Assembly (NCBI GenBank): GCA_013265495.1
Contig: MU058687.1
Location: forward strand, 4,152,093-4,216,092
Source: Vicugna vicugna
Taxonomy: Eukaryota
Reading direction: 5' to 3'
DNA: 64,000 nt
Positions 11,726-24,620 of this stretch are shown here, piece after piece. Made by a program: the position numbers and the translations under genes. How positions within the stretch are numbered: the first letter of the stretch is position 1; every line of letters starts with the position of its first letter. The notes below the pieces were generated by a model. The model worked only from the letters and a program-made list of their open reading frames with translations, was not told where the DNA came from and made no database searches.

Positions 11726-12623
11726 GTTAAATGGAGAATCTGATGAACCCAGTCTGGTCCCTGAAGATGTCCGCTCACTGTGGAGGAAGGAGCCTCAGCA
11801 GGGCTCTCTGGCTCCCAGCCCAGCGGGGGATGTCGGCTGATGTGAAAGCTCCCCCTTCTCCTTCCTGTCGCCTCTCAGACCCCACCCTTAGGGAAGTGGT
11901 GTTTCCTCCTAACTTCCATCTGGGTGCTGCTCTGCATCTCTTCAGAAAGACCAGGGCCACCTTGGGGTCATTGGTTACGAGACCTTCCTGTGTTCTCCTT
12001 GCTGCTCTGACCTATTTTAGGGAAAAGCCCTAAGCACAGAGAGGGAGCCTGGAGAGACGCCCAAAGAAATACCCTTTGCTTCTTTCTTTCTCCTCCCTTA
12101 TGGTTTTCTCCTTCTTTGCCTTTTGTTACGTCTATTTTAAGATTTTATATTTCATTTTAACATTATTGGTGGGCATTTAAACCAGAGCCAGAAGCAAACA
12201 GTCATATCACAATAATGAGAAGGCAGACAGAGGAAGGAGCTGTGAGTAAAGGAAAGTGCCAGTGGGATCAGCGTTGACTGTGCCGTGCTCACGGGGCTAA
12301 TGGGGCCGCAGAAGAAACGAGAGCATTGCCGCCATACAGCGAAAGCCCTGTTGACTGTGAATGCAGATTCGAGTGAAAGACGCGCGGGGGCTGCAGCACC
12401 GCGATGGGCTTGTTACGCTTTCCCTCTGCCCCTCCCCTCGAGCCCCCCTGCAGACACCCAGCCTCCACTCTCCTCCCAGCTCCCGCTCTCGGGCAGAAAT
12501 TCTCCATTACAAATCCTCACCTCGTCTGCTCCCATCTGGGTTAACACAGGGGGTGTTGCCTTTTTTCATCGTTTTCCTTCTGCCATGACCTTTCCTCTTA
12601 CTGCTTTCATCCTGTAGCAAAAC

Positions 12624-13179
12624 TGTTAGCAATGCCTCTAGCTAAAAGCGGTAGAAAAATCGAAGAATGGTAGTTTAGACAAATGACAATGCTTTTTTCT
12701 TACATATCAAGGAGTTCCAAGCTAGGCCGTCCAGGGCTGTTACCACTGTCCGACAATGCCCTTAGGGAATACTTTTTTTTTTTTCCAGTCCATCGTCTGT
12801 AGCATGTTGACATTTATCATCAGGTTTACTGCCTCATGGTCATAGTGTGGCTCCTGCACATCCAGGCATCATGCCCTCATTCCAGGCTGGAAGAAGGGAG
12901 AAGAACAAAGAGGCTTCTCTGAATGAGGCATTAACAGTCTTCCACAGCAAACCTCTTATCTTATGAGCCCACCTGCTCATCCTAACCAATAATTGGAGGA
13001 GGGGATACAATGACTCTGCCTGGTTTGCACCAATCATGCTTCATCTTCTAGGGGTGAGGTAGGGGCCTACTTTCTCTGAGAACAAGGGCTCTCCACCCTG
13101 CCTGAACAAACCAGTGTTCTGTTGTCAGGGAAGAAGGGAGGCAGTGGCTGTTGGTAGGTAATGGGCAACACCTGCCACC
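12624..13179 (-). mobile_element. MaLR solo LTR (MLT1K/MLT1L-like)
   Basis: gccgtccagggctg...cctcatggtcatagtgtggctcctgcacatccaggcatcatgccctcattccaggctggaagaaggg...ctgaacaaaccagtgttctgttgtcagggaagaaggg...ctgccac. Confidence 0.8.
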
Positions 13180-14063
13180 TGTCCATCTTGGAGGGTCTCC
13201 TTTTGCCTAACTTGGTGCCCTGCAGTCTCTTAATTTGAGGGTAGGTATGGGAAGGAATGTCTGTTTATGCAAATATTTTTGACATCCAAAAGAAGCTCAT
13301 GTGTAATTTCTGATATTCCATTGTGCTTTCAAATTCTCAGAGCCATGACCTCGTCTCTGGCTTAGAATTCCAGTTTTGGAAGCTTTTCCAGCTTGGCTTT
13401 TCCAAAAGAAATCATTTGGTTTTGAGGCTGTGTTTGAATGGACCATTTCTCACTGGTTAAACTGACCTCAGCTGCCTGAATGAACATCACTTGATGTCTT
13501 GGGGCTTAAGAACACAGGTCTTCATTCTTTTCTCCTAACACGTAGTTGAAACACTTGTTTCCTGGTCTCTCTCATTTTTCCTCTGCAGAACTCCTCAGCC
13601 TATTATCTCTCTGTCCTCTGCCAACTAGTAATAAAGCTTTTCTAAAAGATACCTAAGTTTACCACCAAGGCGAGTGTCCTCACTTGCAATGTAGAGTAGA
13701 GCTCTTTAATTTGCAAGGGATTTTTACATACACTAGTTACTAGTCCTACACCACTGCCCTCCGCATCTCTGCATCCTCCATATGAAGCCCCTGTGAAAGG
13801 TTTCTTTTAACCCCTAGTGTTCTCCCCATAGCTAATAAGGACCAAAGAATAACCAGCTTCTCTTTGCTCGCTGGCTCTGAGGAAACCCAGAGACAAATAT
13901 ATACCTCAGTCTCATAAGCTCTTCTGCTCTAATTATCTATGACAATTTTCTCTCAAGACTGTACCTTACATTTTAATTTATATTTTGCCTAGTTATGACT
14001 TTTTTCCCCTTTTGGTTAGTTTTAAAATTTTAGTTTTATAGGTTGGACAAATCTGCATATTTA

Positions 14064-14166
14064 GATTTGTTTATTTATTTATTTACTTTTAATGAAGGCA
14101 CTGGGGATTGAACCCAGGACCTCATGCATGCTAGGCACACACTCTACCACTGAGCTATACCCTCCT
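14064..14166 (-). mobile_element. vic-1-type tRNA-derived camelid SINE with 13-bp TSD
   Basis: Reverse complement GGAGGGTATAGCTCAGTGGTAGAGTGTGTGCCTAGCATGCATGAGGTCCTGGGTTCAATCCCCAGTGCC plus (AAAT)n tail; perfect TSD atctgcatattta at 14051-14063 and 14169-14181. Confidence 0.9.
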
Positions 14167-14262
14167 AGATCTGCATATTTAAAAGAAAGTATATCTGTGC
14201 AATGGGCTTTGTTTTCCTTTTCTTACATATGAGGATGTGGGGGAAACTGAGAGGTTAAGTCT

Positions 14263-14435
14263 AAGGTGGCAAAGATGTTTCCTGTCAGGTACCAACTTTG
14301 GCCAGTCAGCAAATCACAGCTTGGAGTGCTGTGTTGAGAATCCGTGTCCCTCACCAGGATAACCAGGCTGCAGTTATCAGTTGACAGTGACCATTGTGAG
14401 CTTCATGGCAGGAGGAAGAGGATGCAGCGTTTTCC
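14263..14435 (+). mobile_element. hAT-Charlie MITE (MER117-like)
   Basis: ggtggcaaagatgtttc...taccaactttg...ttggagtgctgtgttgagaa. Confidence 0.5.
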
Positions 14436-15759
14436 CTCAAGAAATCTGGGAATTTTTATTTTCCATCCCTACTGAAGAGTTTGAGTGCAAAATTCCCTTC
14501 ACCGCGACGCTGTCCCTCTGTCCCTCTCTACTCTGATAGGAAGTGGGAAGATACGATGGAAAGGAATGAACCTTTTACCTCAGAGGAAAAGCATCGATAA
14601 CTTATTTGGTTTGGAAGCCAGAGCGAAGGATGAGAAGCCGACCAGGATTTCAAGGAGGCAATACAAATGTTTTTGGAACCCTTTTCTTGATCTCTACAAA
14701 AACACAGGTTGCCCCTGGATATGGTGGAGTCTCCTTTCAACAAATCAAGTCGTCAAGGGGGCTAATTGTTTCCTCATGTTACCTCCGGTGAGAATTATCT
14801 TTTTTAGCTGGCTTCCCACAGGAACTGATGGCATCTGGCGGTTGTTTACTTCAAGTCTTCATCTAGAATGGCGCAGGGGTGTCTGAAAGAACATTTTTGG
14901 ACGGACCAAGTTGTCAGGGGAGAAGACACACACACGTCAGTGGGCATCTGTCCCAAGTCCAAGAGCTTTCTCCAGGACTTGGCTCTGATCGCAGCAGAAG
15001 GCAGTCACACTGCTGTCCAATAAATTCTTGCACAAAAGGTTTTGGCAGTTTCACTATTTGTCCCCAAGGGCTTGCATTAGGCACTAAGTAATAATAATGA
15101 AGAAATTCAATTAAAAACTATTTCAGAGCCACGGAAGGTAATGACTATAAATAAGAAAGGGAATAAGCCATATTACCTGCTGCATGTACATTGCACAGAT
15201 AGCTTGTTTTGCTTAAACATTAGTTAAGCAACATTAAATTTAAAAGGTGTTGTCATTAGCCAACGGTATGTAGTGGGTGATGTAGAGTGATTATTGCAAA
15301 TTTGATCAGCTTTTCTGTCTGGAGTAAGAACATATGGCCAGGGTATGACTGACAGATCACAAATTTCTAGTGTCCATCAAAAGTAGAATTATGACTTTAT
15401 AATGAAGGGGCCTGCCTTTAACTATGTAGTACTATTCTTATTCCATTTTACAGGTAATGAAAGTTTATAGGCAAATGAAATTTTAAGCTTCTCCCTATAA
15501 TGAATTATTATTATGGAACTGCTTACCCATAGTCTCTGAAGATAAGAAAGCTCTTCTTTTAAGCTAAAACTTCTTAATTTTCTACTTCTTGCAATCAACA
15601 ATTAAATAAACTTAAAGAACGCCATTAACCGATTTATTAGTCTGATAACCCATTTGTTAATCATAATCACTTCTTTATTTACATTGAGCTTTATTTAGTT
15701 TATTGCCTCCATTATTGCCTGAGAGAGGAGGAGAGATCTTTTGTCATCAGGCTTATGTG

Positions 15760-16023
15760 GGAGAGTATGATTTTAAGATCATGGGCTTAAAAGTCAAAAA
15801 GGTTTGGATGGATGTAAGCCTCAGCTTCCTCATTAACTAACTTGGCCACCTTTCTCAAATGATTATAGTTGCTTAAAGCCTCCATTTCTTTTTCTGAAAA
15901 ATAGGTTATCTATTCTGTCTATGGTTGTCACGGACATGGGGGGAGATGATCTTCCCACAACATTTCTGCCCTGTCTAGTGTTCACCTTGTAGAGTGTCTC
16001 ATGAATTGGGCTAACTATTATTA
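15760..16023 (+). mobile_element. MIR SINE
   Basis: taagatcatgggcttaaaagtcaaaaaggtttggat...agcctccatttcttttttctgaaaaatagg...ctattatta. Confidence 0.6.
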
Positions 16024-16344
16024 AGTCCTTAAATGTTGGTGTTTGTTAAATCAGCATTCCACCGTCAGCCTGTTACTCTTTGCTCTCCATGTAGCTTCCT
16101 ATGTGCTCTCTTCCACTTGGGTGGGATCAACTTTTGTCTATCTGACTGATTTGAAATTTTATTCCCATAACCAGAATTTCCCATGAGCCTCACACACACA
16201 TCTACCTGCCCACCTGACATTTCTAACTAGATGTGTTCGCAGTCAACTCAAAAGAGAATTCTCATCACATATATCAAGGCATCAGCACCAGTATCTGGGA
16301 ACCGTCTGTAGCTGGATATTGTTTAGTAAGATTAAATCACTAAG

Positions 16345-16630
16345 TATGTGTATGGAGGAGAGATAGGAGACAAAGGGGGAAAAGAAGGCAAGAGCCAGAT
16401 TGTAGAGGACCCTGTATGTCAGCCAGAAAATGGTCATCCTTATTCCAAAGGCAGTGAAGGGGTCTTTCAGTGGACAGCTTCTTAGTAAGTATGTAACTTA
16501 AATTTTGTTACGATTGCTCTGAGAACCACACAGGGGATAGTTTGAAGAGAGCTTTACTGAATTTAGGCAAATCGGAGAGAAAGGTGTTGGCAGTAATCTG
16601 AGCATTAGAAGAGAATACTGCATTCTGGAC
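16345..16630 (-). mobile_element. L2 fragment
   Basis: gagccagattgtagaggaccctgtatgtcagcc...cttattccaaaggcagtgaag. Confidence 0.6.
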
Positions 16631-16659
16631 AGTGAAATCCCGGTTGCTTTTGATTTTAA

Positions 16660-16800
16660 ACCTTAGAGTTGGAAGAGCCCTCTACATAAATTGGTAAATT
16701 TTTATTTTATAGACAAAGTAACAGATACCCTAGAGTGTCTCAGCTTGCCCAAGGTCACTCAGCTGGCAGACGGTAAATACCAGACTGGCATCCCATGGTC
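16660..16800 (-). mobile_element. MIR3/MIRc SINE
   Basis: cttagagttggaagagccc...ttttatagac...cttgcccaaggtcactcagctgg. Confidence 0.65.
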
Positions 16801-19254
16801 CCGAGATAACTGTTTCGTGGGTTTGCCTTGGAGAAAAAGAGAATTTCAGTTGTCTATGCTTCATACATTTTTATGTGGCAACTTTCTTTTTGAAAGGGAA
16901 CAAATTTCAAAAGGCTTCATTTTGGCAACATTATTTTGCCCATTTTACAGATGTGGGTTTTAGGCTCGAGGAGGTATGATTTTTCTGGTGTCACATAATT
17001 ACAGTGGCAAAGCTGTCATTTAATGAACTCATATTGCTTAATGTCAACTCCTGTGCATTTTCCATGATTCCACACTGAGGTAAATTCCTTCTTTTCTGTC
17101 CTTGTATGCTACTGTAACCATACAGAGGCCTGCAGATTGAATGGAAGGTACACACAGAGAGGCACCAAGTGAAAAAGGCCTATGGGGGAACATAGGATAT
17201 CCACAAGATGCCTTATCATGATGACTTCTTTGTGGCTTTGGCCACATTTGCAAAGTTTGGCCCAGCCAGCAACCTTGATTCTGATCAGCCACGAGTGGCT
17301 TCACCTCCCGGGCATGGACCTACATTAGTCAAGCTCCAAGAGACTGACGTAAACAATCATAATGTCAGTTTACTAAAAGATAATAAGAAAATCTCAGATA
17401 GGCCAAACCTTGCCTGTTGGTTTGACTTACACTTTAATTGTACTTTCTCTTTGTGTAGAGAAGCTAAGTCATAATCAGAAAGTTGACTGGTGAGCTTGGA
17501 ATCAGAAAACTGGAGTCTAGGTCATCTTGGGCAGTTTGCCCAGCTGAGATAGCTTGTTGCTGCTGTCTTTCTGCACCTTGTCACTGGCAGCAGGATACGA
17601 AGTCCTCTGGTCAGGATGCTGTCTCCTGCAGAGAGAAAGCCCATCAAAGCCTGCATTGCCTTCTCTTCCCTCACCTGCTCCATCTTCCACTGCTGGCCAG
17701 CTCCCTTTCTGATTGACACATCATTTCTTCAGCTACATTGATACACCCTGTAATATTTTCACAGAGTTTGTTAGACTGAGAACCGTTCTGTTTCTTTGCT
17801 CTACCTTGCCTATCTTTACACTGAGCCTTTGTGTGTTAATTTATAGTTATTGTGTCACAAACAGTCTTATTACCATTATATCTATTTTTATCAGCAGCCC
17901 TCTGCTTTTGCCCTCTTGTTCCACAGACTGTACAGAGCATGGTGCCAGGCATAGTGTTTGCTTTTATCCAGTATGTCAAAGGATCAATTTTTCCATCTTT
18001 GTTTTCATCCTGAGTGACAGGGGCACTTGGTAGCTAGCTCCTTTTGTCATCTCAACAATTGATTCTCTTTTGTTTAGATTACAACTTATTTGTTTCCCAA
18101 GAATGTGTATGTTAGAATGAAAACAGCAGGGGTTATTCAGTCAGCTGGGTTCAAATCTTAGTTCAAAGATTTCCTTACCCTCTCTGAACCTCAATTTCTT
18201 CTTGTAAAGTAAAGATTGATGTAACTACCTTATGGGAATTATAAGGCTGAAGCAAGATTAAGTACAATGTTTAATACACATATAACTTAGTGCTAGTTTA
18301 TTCCCATTTAAACTCAGATACTGGTTTATGAAAGAGGGATTAAATGTGTTCTGGAAAAGGAAGGATATTGACAGGCTCTGATACTGACAGCTTGAACCAT
18401 AGGCCATGGCGTGTTAGAGAAAATGAAAGGATGTCCAAGGCTCATTAGATTAAAAGGCTGCTAATAATGTCCTCTAAGCTATAAGCAGATTTTTGCCCAT
18501 ATTTATGAAGATTGGTTTCTAACTGGGTCAGAAATGACATAGGCTGATGGCATCATCTCTCTGCCACAGGATTCCCAGGACACTCCATCATATCATGTTG
18601 CCTTGCTCTAAGTGAGAACATGCAGAGACCTTTATAAATTTCACAAAAGCATGCTCTTTGCCTGGAGCATGTAACTCGGCGTGTGTTGACCTTTAATCGG
18701 ATAAGTTCCTACAATGGAGCTACTCTGGGGACAAAACCTCATGACTTTATTAATGTTAGCAAGATAATACTGTTTGTTGACTTTACAAGCTCATTCTGGG
18801 TATCTTGATTTGTCAAAGTGGGAGTGTTTGAACACACAGGAAGTTCATAACACCCTGAGTAATTGTGCTTGTTTTCTCTAAAAGAGAACTGAGAGGGTCC
18901 TTCTTATTTAAGGAAAGTGGAAACCAGGAACTAAATAAGAAAGGCTGCAGTAGAGATGCCTGCCCACTCATGGGTATGCTTGCTTTCAGTTCGCAGGGTG
19001 CTTGCTCCTCATACCCTCTCCATATTCTGTAGCTTAGCTAGGGAGGGGTATGGGGGACACAGTTTCCAAGAGTAATGACTTTTCAACACATTTTCCAAGG
19101 ACTGTCTTTAGCAATTGCCGCTAAGACTATGATGAAAAGATAATTGAAGAAGCCAGACCTTGGCATACCCATAAAGGTAGGCAAATCCTGACCCTCTCCC
19201 AAGACATGATCCCCAGATGTTAAAATCTGGTTATGCCTCTGCTTGTTAGAAGAT

Positions 19255-19720
19255 GTGGGCAGTCCTGTTTTAGAGAAGAGGAAAGCCAAGTGCCAGGGAT
19301 GTTAAGTGAGTTGCCAAGACACCAAAACTCACAAGTGGCAGAGCCAGGACTAGGGGTTGAGAGTCCAGTGTTCCATACTCCAGCGTGCTGCCTCTCTGAC
19401 CAGTGTTGTGTGTGAACTTCAGAGCCCAACAGATGAGCTCAAATCCTTATGTGAACGTCAGTCAATCTGTCGGCCTCCCCAAGCCTCACTTTTCTCGTCT
19501 GTGATGTGGATATCATAAGTCTACTTTTTATGTAGATTAGATGAAATAACATAGGCAGGTGAGCTACATGGTAACTGTCAGTTCCTTTGCCCTTCCCATT
19601 TCCTCACCAAGGAAACCAGGGTGCAGTGAGCTTTGGTGATCTGATGAGTCCACATGTGTAAATAGTGAAAGAAGATTCAGGATTCAACCAGATTTTTCTG
19701 ACCTCAGTGTTATGTACTTT
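19255..19720. mobile_element. Cluster of three adjacent MIR fragments (-, +, -)
   Basis: gttaagtgagttgccaagacac...gtggcagagccaggact (19255-19395); caagcctcacttttctcgtctgtga (19405-19580); cccatttcc...aggaaaccagggtgcagtgag (19590-19720). Confidence 0.6.
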
Positions 19721-20309
19721 GGTGGTTACTTACAGAGCCATGAGTTTGTCTTACTCTGTTCTTGGAGAAACTGATTTTCTTTCTCTAGATTCCTCTTCAT
19801 TTGCACTCAGAGCTTCTGCTTCTCTCCCTCCAGTCTCTGAACTTACAGGTTCCTTTATGATGAGTTCTAACGAGAATATGGCGTCCAGGCTTGACTGGTT
19901 CTGAGAGGTCGTTGACTTTCTACGTGGTAGCCATCATCCTAGCTGCAGCTTCCCCGTAATCTCCGGAAAGTCACCATTCTCACTCTTACCACCCTCTCCT
20001 ACCTTGCACACTGTTTCCCCTCCTGCTCAGAGACCTTGTCCGCCTCCTTTAGTCCCGTCCTTACCCACTCCTGTCTCTTCTCCCTACACCTTGATCTAAA
20101 GATGTTCCACATTGTGGGACTTTCTCCCAATCTGTCTGGAATCAGGCCTTTTTCTATTACAAACGTGCTTATTTAAGCACTTTTTTTTCATTTTCCACAT
20201 TAAGAGAGCCTCTGGGCCCTGCTGAAATAATCAGTAAAGCACGTACCGTGGGGCAGACGTGGCAGAGGGGTATGATGCATCTTGTCTTTCCCTCGCACTC
20301 TTCCCAGTT

Positions 20310-20910
20310 CAGTTCCAGACAAATGTTTGTTTAGCATCTGCTCCGTGCTGGGTGCTGTGCCAGGTCCAGGGGGTATATAGCTAAATAGGACAGAGCCCTT
20401 TTCTTTTATAAGGAGGATGATGTTACCACAGGGGAAGATGGGGGTCAGGACAGGTCTACCTGGGTACAGGGTGAGGCTTGAAGGCTGGTGAGGAGTTAGC
20501 CATGGGAAGGAGCTAGAGTGAGAGGAGGGCAGTATTCAGAGCAAAGGGAATAAAATGGTCACCAACCCCAAGCCAAGAAAGGGCAGAGTTCATTTGGAAA
20601 AGGGGAAAACTATATGGCCTGAGGATGAAGGTCAAAGGAGGGAGAGACATGGGATAAGTTAGGAAAGGTGGGCCAGGGTCTGATGAGCAAGTTAGGGATT
20701 TCATTCTAAAGACAATAGAAACTATTGAAAGGTTTAAATGAGGGGCTGACATAATTTGAGATTTCTTTGGAATGATCATTGTGATTGCAGTGTCCCTGTA
20801 GGATAAGAGATGGGGCAGGAAGCAGAGAAACGGAAGAAACACAGTTAAGAAGCTGACTTAGTCTCGGGGAGTGGTCGTAGAGATAGAAGTAAGTAGACAG
20901 ATTGCAGAAA
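20310..20910 (-). mobile_element. L2 LINE fragments
   Basis: acaaatgtttgtttagcatctgctccgtgctgggtgctgtgc...aactattgaaaggtttaaatgagggg...aatgatcattgtgattgcagtg. Confidence 0.75.
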
Positions 20911-23900
20911 GTGGGGTTTAGGAGTGGGGGAACATGCTGATGCTTCCGCAGTAGGAAGCTAGGCAGAGAGGAGAGCTAAGCACTTGCCTTCTCGGAGAGG
21001 GTTAATCAGATCACCTGGACTGAGCTCAAATGGGAAAATGCAAGTGCTGTGGCTGGAGCACCTGGAACTAGTAATTAATGACACCTTCCCCCAAAGCAGG
21101 GATGAGTCTGTCGAACCAAACGCCGAGGCAGGTGGGCAGAGCTTCCTCAAATCACAGACTCTGACTCTGTTCACACAAAGGGCAGTATCCAGTGTGTCAC
21201 CACACAACTCAGAAGTGCCCTCTCTCTGGTAGAGGTGGATGCTCTTTCCTCACAAAAACACCAGATGAGAGAGTGAGGTCACGTAACGTTAATTTCTCTT
21301 AGAAACTTGGAGGTGAGGAGAAAAATAATTTCCTGAGGAAGTGAGCCAATTAAATTCTCAAATGGGCTAAGCAGTGACTTCTTCCTGGCTCTCCCGTGGG
21401 CCGCCTGATGGATGGACATGGGCCCTGTGGTAAAGAGATGGCTCTTGAAATGCACAGAAACTATTGATTCTAAGTTGACAGATGAGAGAGAAATCCAATC
21501 TAATCAGCTAATCAGACTCGTCATTCGGCCCCGAACAATACCCATAGATTGCCGAGCACTGTTCTTAAGAAAAGCTTTTATACTTATCTCACCTCCAGTG
21601 CCCTTCATCCAAGGTCTCAGATTTCTCCTAATTTCATTTTCAGTGAAGTCTTGATTTGTTAAATCAACCCCTTGGCTGATTGTTTAGACACCTTGTTAGT
21701 TTCACTTGCACGCATGGGGTGTAGCCTGCTGTAGTTCAGAAAATAGGAAAAAGAAGAGGTACTGTTTTAACCACAAATTTCCAAGTCTGAAGCTGGTGGT
21801 CTGGGAAACTCAGAGCCATTAGTTAATTTTATTTAATTCATTTGATTGATTTTATTTCATTTGTTCGCTTTCAATCCCAGTGTGCGCATCTCTTAATTCT
21901 GGTGGGAGAGGCTGCGTGAGTAGGAAAGGAGGCAGAAGCAGCCGTGCCCCGTCCCTCTGGCATCCTATCTTTCTGGGTTTCCTTTCTTTTCTCCCCCAAC
22001 TTTCTGTTCCTTCAGGCCCAAGAGGTGGTGCAGGGACTACCAAAAACAGCCCTGCATGGCACCCAGCTCCTGCGTGTGCATTCCCAGTGGGTATTGTGAA
22101 GGTGCTGTTTCTAGGATTCTCCTGTCCTGTCCCATCAAGAAAATCCTCTGTAGGTATGCACTTCTCAGTAATTGTCCCTGAGTTGTGGCTCTCTAGCTAC
22201 TTCAGCCTCTAAAGGCCCTGCCTGGTCCTAGGTCTTTGAGAATGGCACCTTTGAAAATGGACCAGAGAGATTCTTTGTCTGGAATGTCATGGAAGGCTTC
22301 CTGAATTCAGCTTCTGTTAGTGATGCCTTCTCCACCTGGCCCTCACCCTCAGCTGATCTGAGGAACATTCACAGGTCTACGTTTCAGGTGGGATCCCTCC
22401 TTCGTGAAGGCGGGTTGTATCCTCTGTTTTTCTAAGCTTTCCTCTCCGCTGTCCCTCTGTGTGCTCTCCAGAGCAGATGGCGTCATGCCCTGGAGCTTGT
22501 CTGCATTTACCATTCTCTGCCAGCCAACAGGGACTCTCTAGAGCTTGTGACACGGCCTGTCTTTCAGGTGACCCACAAAGGTTCTTTCCTGCAACATGAC
22601 ACCTTTAACTGCAGACATTTGCAGGGTAGATTCAGCTGATGTGTCCTGGGTCCATGAATGAGCAAATCTTCTCTTAGGCCAAGAAGGCCCAGCTGCAGGA
22701 ACCTCAAGTTTAGAGGCGGTCTCAAATGTAGGAAGATGAGTGACCTTGCTATGCTTAATATCTGGTGTGATGCTGGCAGCGAAGCAGCCAAACTGGGAGG
22801 TTGGGGTGAGGCGGGTGGGGTGTGTCTTTTCCATGTTTTTAAAGGATAATATGCTGACCTGATGGTATTAAAGCTGCATTAAAACTAGGCCTTGAGATAC
22901 CCAGAGGAGTTAGACAAAGAAGAGCAAAAATGTTTACCTGTTCTGTCCCCTCCCTGACCCTACCAAGAAAAGAGCATGGGCCCCATCCCTGAACTCACCC
23001 TCTCTGCTGTTAGAACCTGGCCAGGCAATCTGGCCTTAATCGTTAGGGTGTTTGTGTATACAGAATCCCAAGGCAACTTTTTCAGTTGACTCTCTGTATC
23101 TTCATGTCTGATGTTGTTGGTAAAGGCTGAGGACCTGACAGAGGTTGCTTCCTCTCCTCTCTGAGGGCCAGAGTTCCCAGAGCTCAGGTAACCAGTGGTG
23201 ACTGTTCCTCCAATTTTTTTTTGATAGCTCATTACTCAAGAACCCCAGAGGAGCAGTTCTCCAGAATCCTACCACGACAGTTTTGCTGTATTGAATATAT
23301 ATTAAATTGACATTAAGAGTGACAGGCATAATTCCTACCAAGGTGGGGGAGGATGTTTTATCATGTAGCTTAGTGTGAGGAGAGACAGTAAGAGCTGTTA
23401 GGCTGTCCGAAGCCTCTTAAAAAACAGAAATCCCCAGCTTTGGCTGTAATACCAGTTACGCTCATGCCCTCCCCCCTTTTTTTTTTAATACAGTCTTTAC
23501 AATTTCACAATTAACGTCTACACTGTGGCTTCTGTGACCTGGAAGAAGCTACAAACAGGGATTGGGAAGATGCTTGAGTTAATTGGATGAATTTAAGGTG
23601 TTAAAGGGAAGTCAGCTGCTCTCCACAGCATCCCTGGTGTTTTGAGCAAAGGAAGCAGGGCATATTTTTCACCTGCAGATACAGTCCCTTTACAGCTAAT
23701 TAATTATAAAGTTGCCCCTGGTGTGGTGATGCACATTTGGGGACAGACCAGCTCAGAATCCAGCTGCTGCTTTTCGCCTTTTTCCCCCTCAATGTGCCTC
23801 CTGGTGTCACCTCCTTCCTCACCCCCTTATTTCATGTAGGCTGTGTCTTCTGTCACTGTTTTTACAACCAGTGCTAATCTAAAATCACAGTTATTCAAGC

Positions 23901-24104
23901 ACATTAAGCTCCTGGAAGTGGGTGAAGTGGCTGTGAATGTCTCATTAAGTCCTGGACGCTTGTGGTCCTGCCACCCCTCCCCTCTCATTAAGGGATCTTT
24001 GCTCTTCTTGCGTTGCTGGCTGCTTCCCGGGGCATGTGCGCCTGCCCTAGGGCATGGAAGTGGGGAGTGAGTGAGGAGGGTGCCCTGGAAACTTCTCCGT
24101 GGAC

Positions 24105-24268
24105 AGGGACCTCGCCCTACAGTGTGGCCCCCAGGAGCCATAGCAGCACCTGGGAACTTGTTAGATATGCAGAATCTGGGCCCCACCCAAGACCTAGTCA
24201 GTTGTGTTTTGTAGTTTAATAAGACCTCCAGGTGATTCATATACACCCTGAAGTTTGGGAAACACTGG
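24105..24268. mobile_element. MER5A hAT-Charlie MITE
   Basis: gcagcacctgggaacttgttagatatgcagaatctgggccccacccaagaccta...ccaggtgattcatatacac...aagtttgggaaacactg. Confidence 0.85.
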
Positions 24269-24288
24269 GCAGGAAACAGATGGACGGG

Positions 24289-24620
24289 TGTTAATGGGCT
24301 GAGTGTCTGTGTCCCTCCAAAGCTCTCATGTTAAACCCTAATCCCCAGTGCTAGGACATCAGGCCTCTGAGAGGCAACTAGTCATGATGGTGGAGCCCTT
24401 ATGAGAGATCCTAGAGCTCTCCCTGGCCCTCCTGCCCTGTGAGGACATGGCCAGACGACCACTGCCGATGAACCAGGAAGCAGACTCTCACCAGACACTG
24501 AGTCTGTTGGCACCTTGATCTTGGACTTCCCAGCCTACAGAACTGTGAAACGTGAATGTTTGCTCTTTAAGGCTCTAGTCTACAGTATTTTTGTTACAGC
24601 AGTCAACATGAGCTAAGATA
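24289..24620 (+). mobile_element. MaLR solo LTR (MLT1A-type), near full length, 5-bp TSD
   Basis: TG start; gaaccaggaagcagactctcaccagacactgagtctgttggcaccttgatcttggacttcccagcc; ends ctaagata; TSD acggg (24284-24288) / atggg (24621-24625). Confidence 0.9.

Noticed and set aside
14095..14166. tRNA-like sequences (also 41824-41895 and 43246-43313)
   Set aside because: A/B-box heads followed by A-rich tails and TSDs mark them as SINEs, not tRNA genes.
14503..14525. REST/RE1-like GGACAGCG half-site (also partial sites near 11530 and 12395)
   Set aside because: Only half-sites; no full 21-bp RE1 match.
22999..23134. Minus-strand segment with donor AGG|gtgagt and one open frame (SSAFTNNIRHEDTESQLKKLPWDSVY...)
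   Set aside because: The acceptor lacks a real polypyrimidine tract and the peptide is unrecognised; consensus 6-mer donors occur about 15 times per strand by chance in 64 kb.
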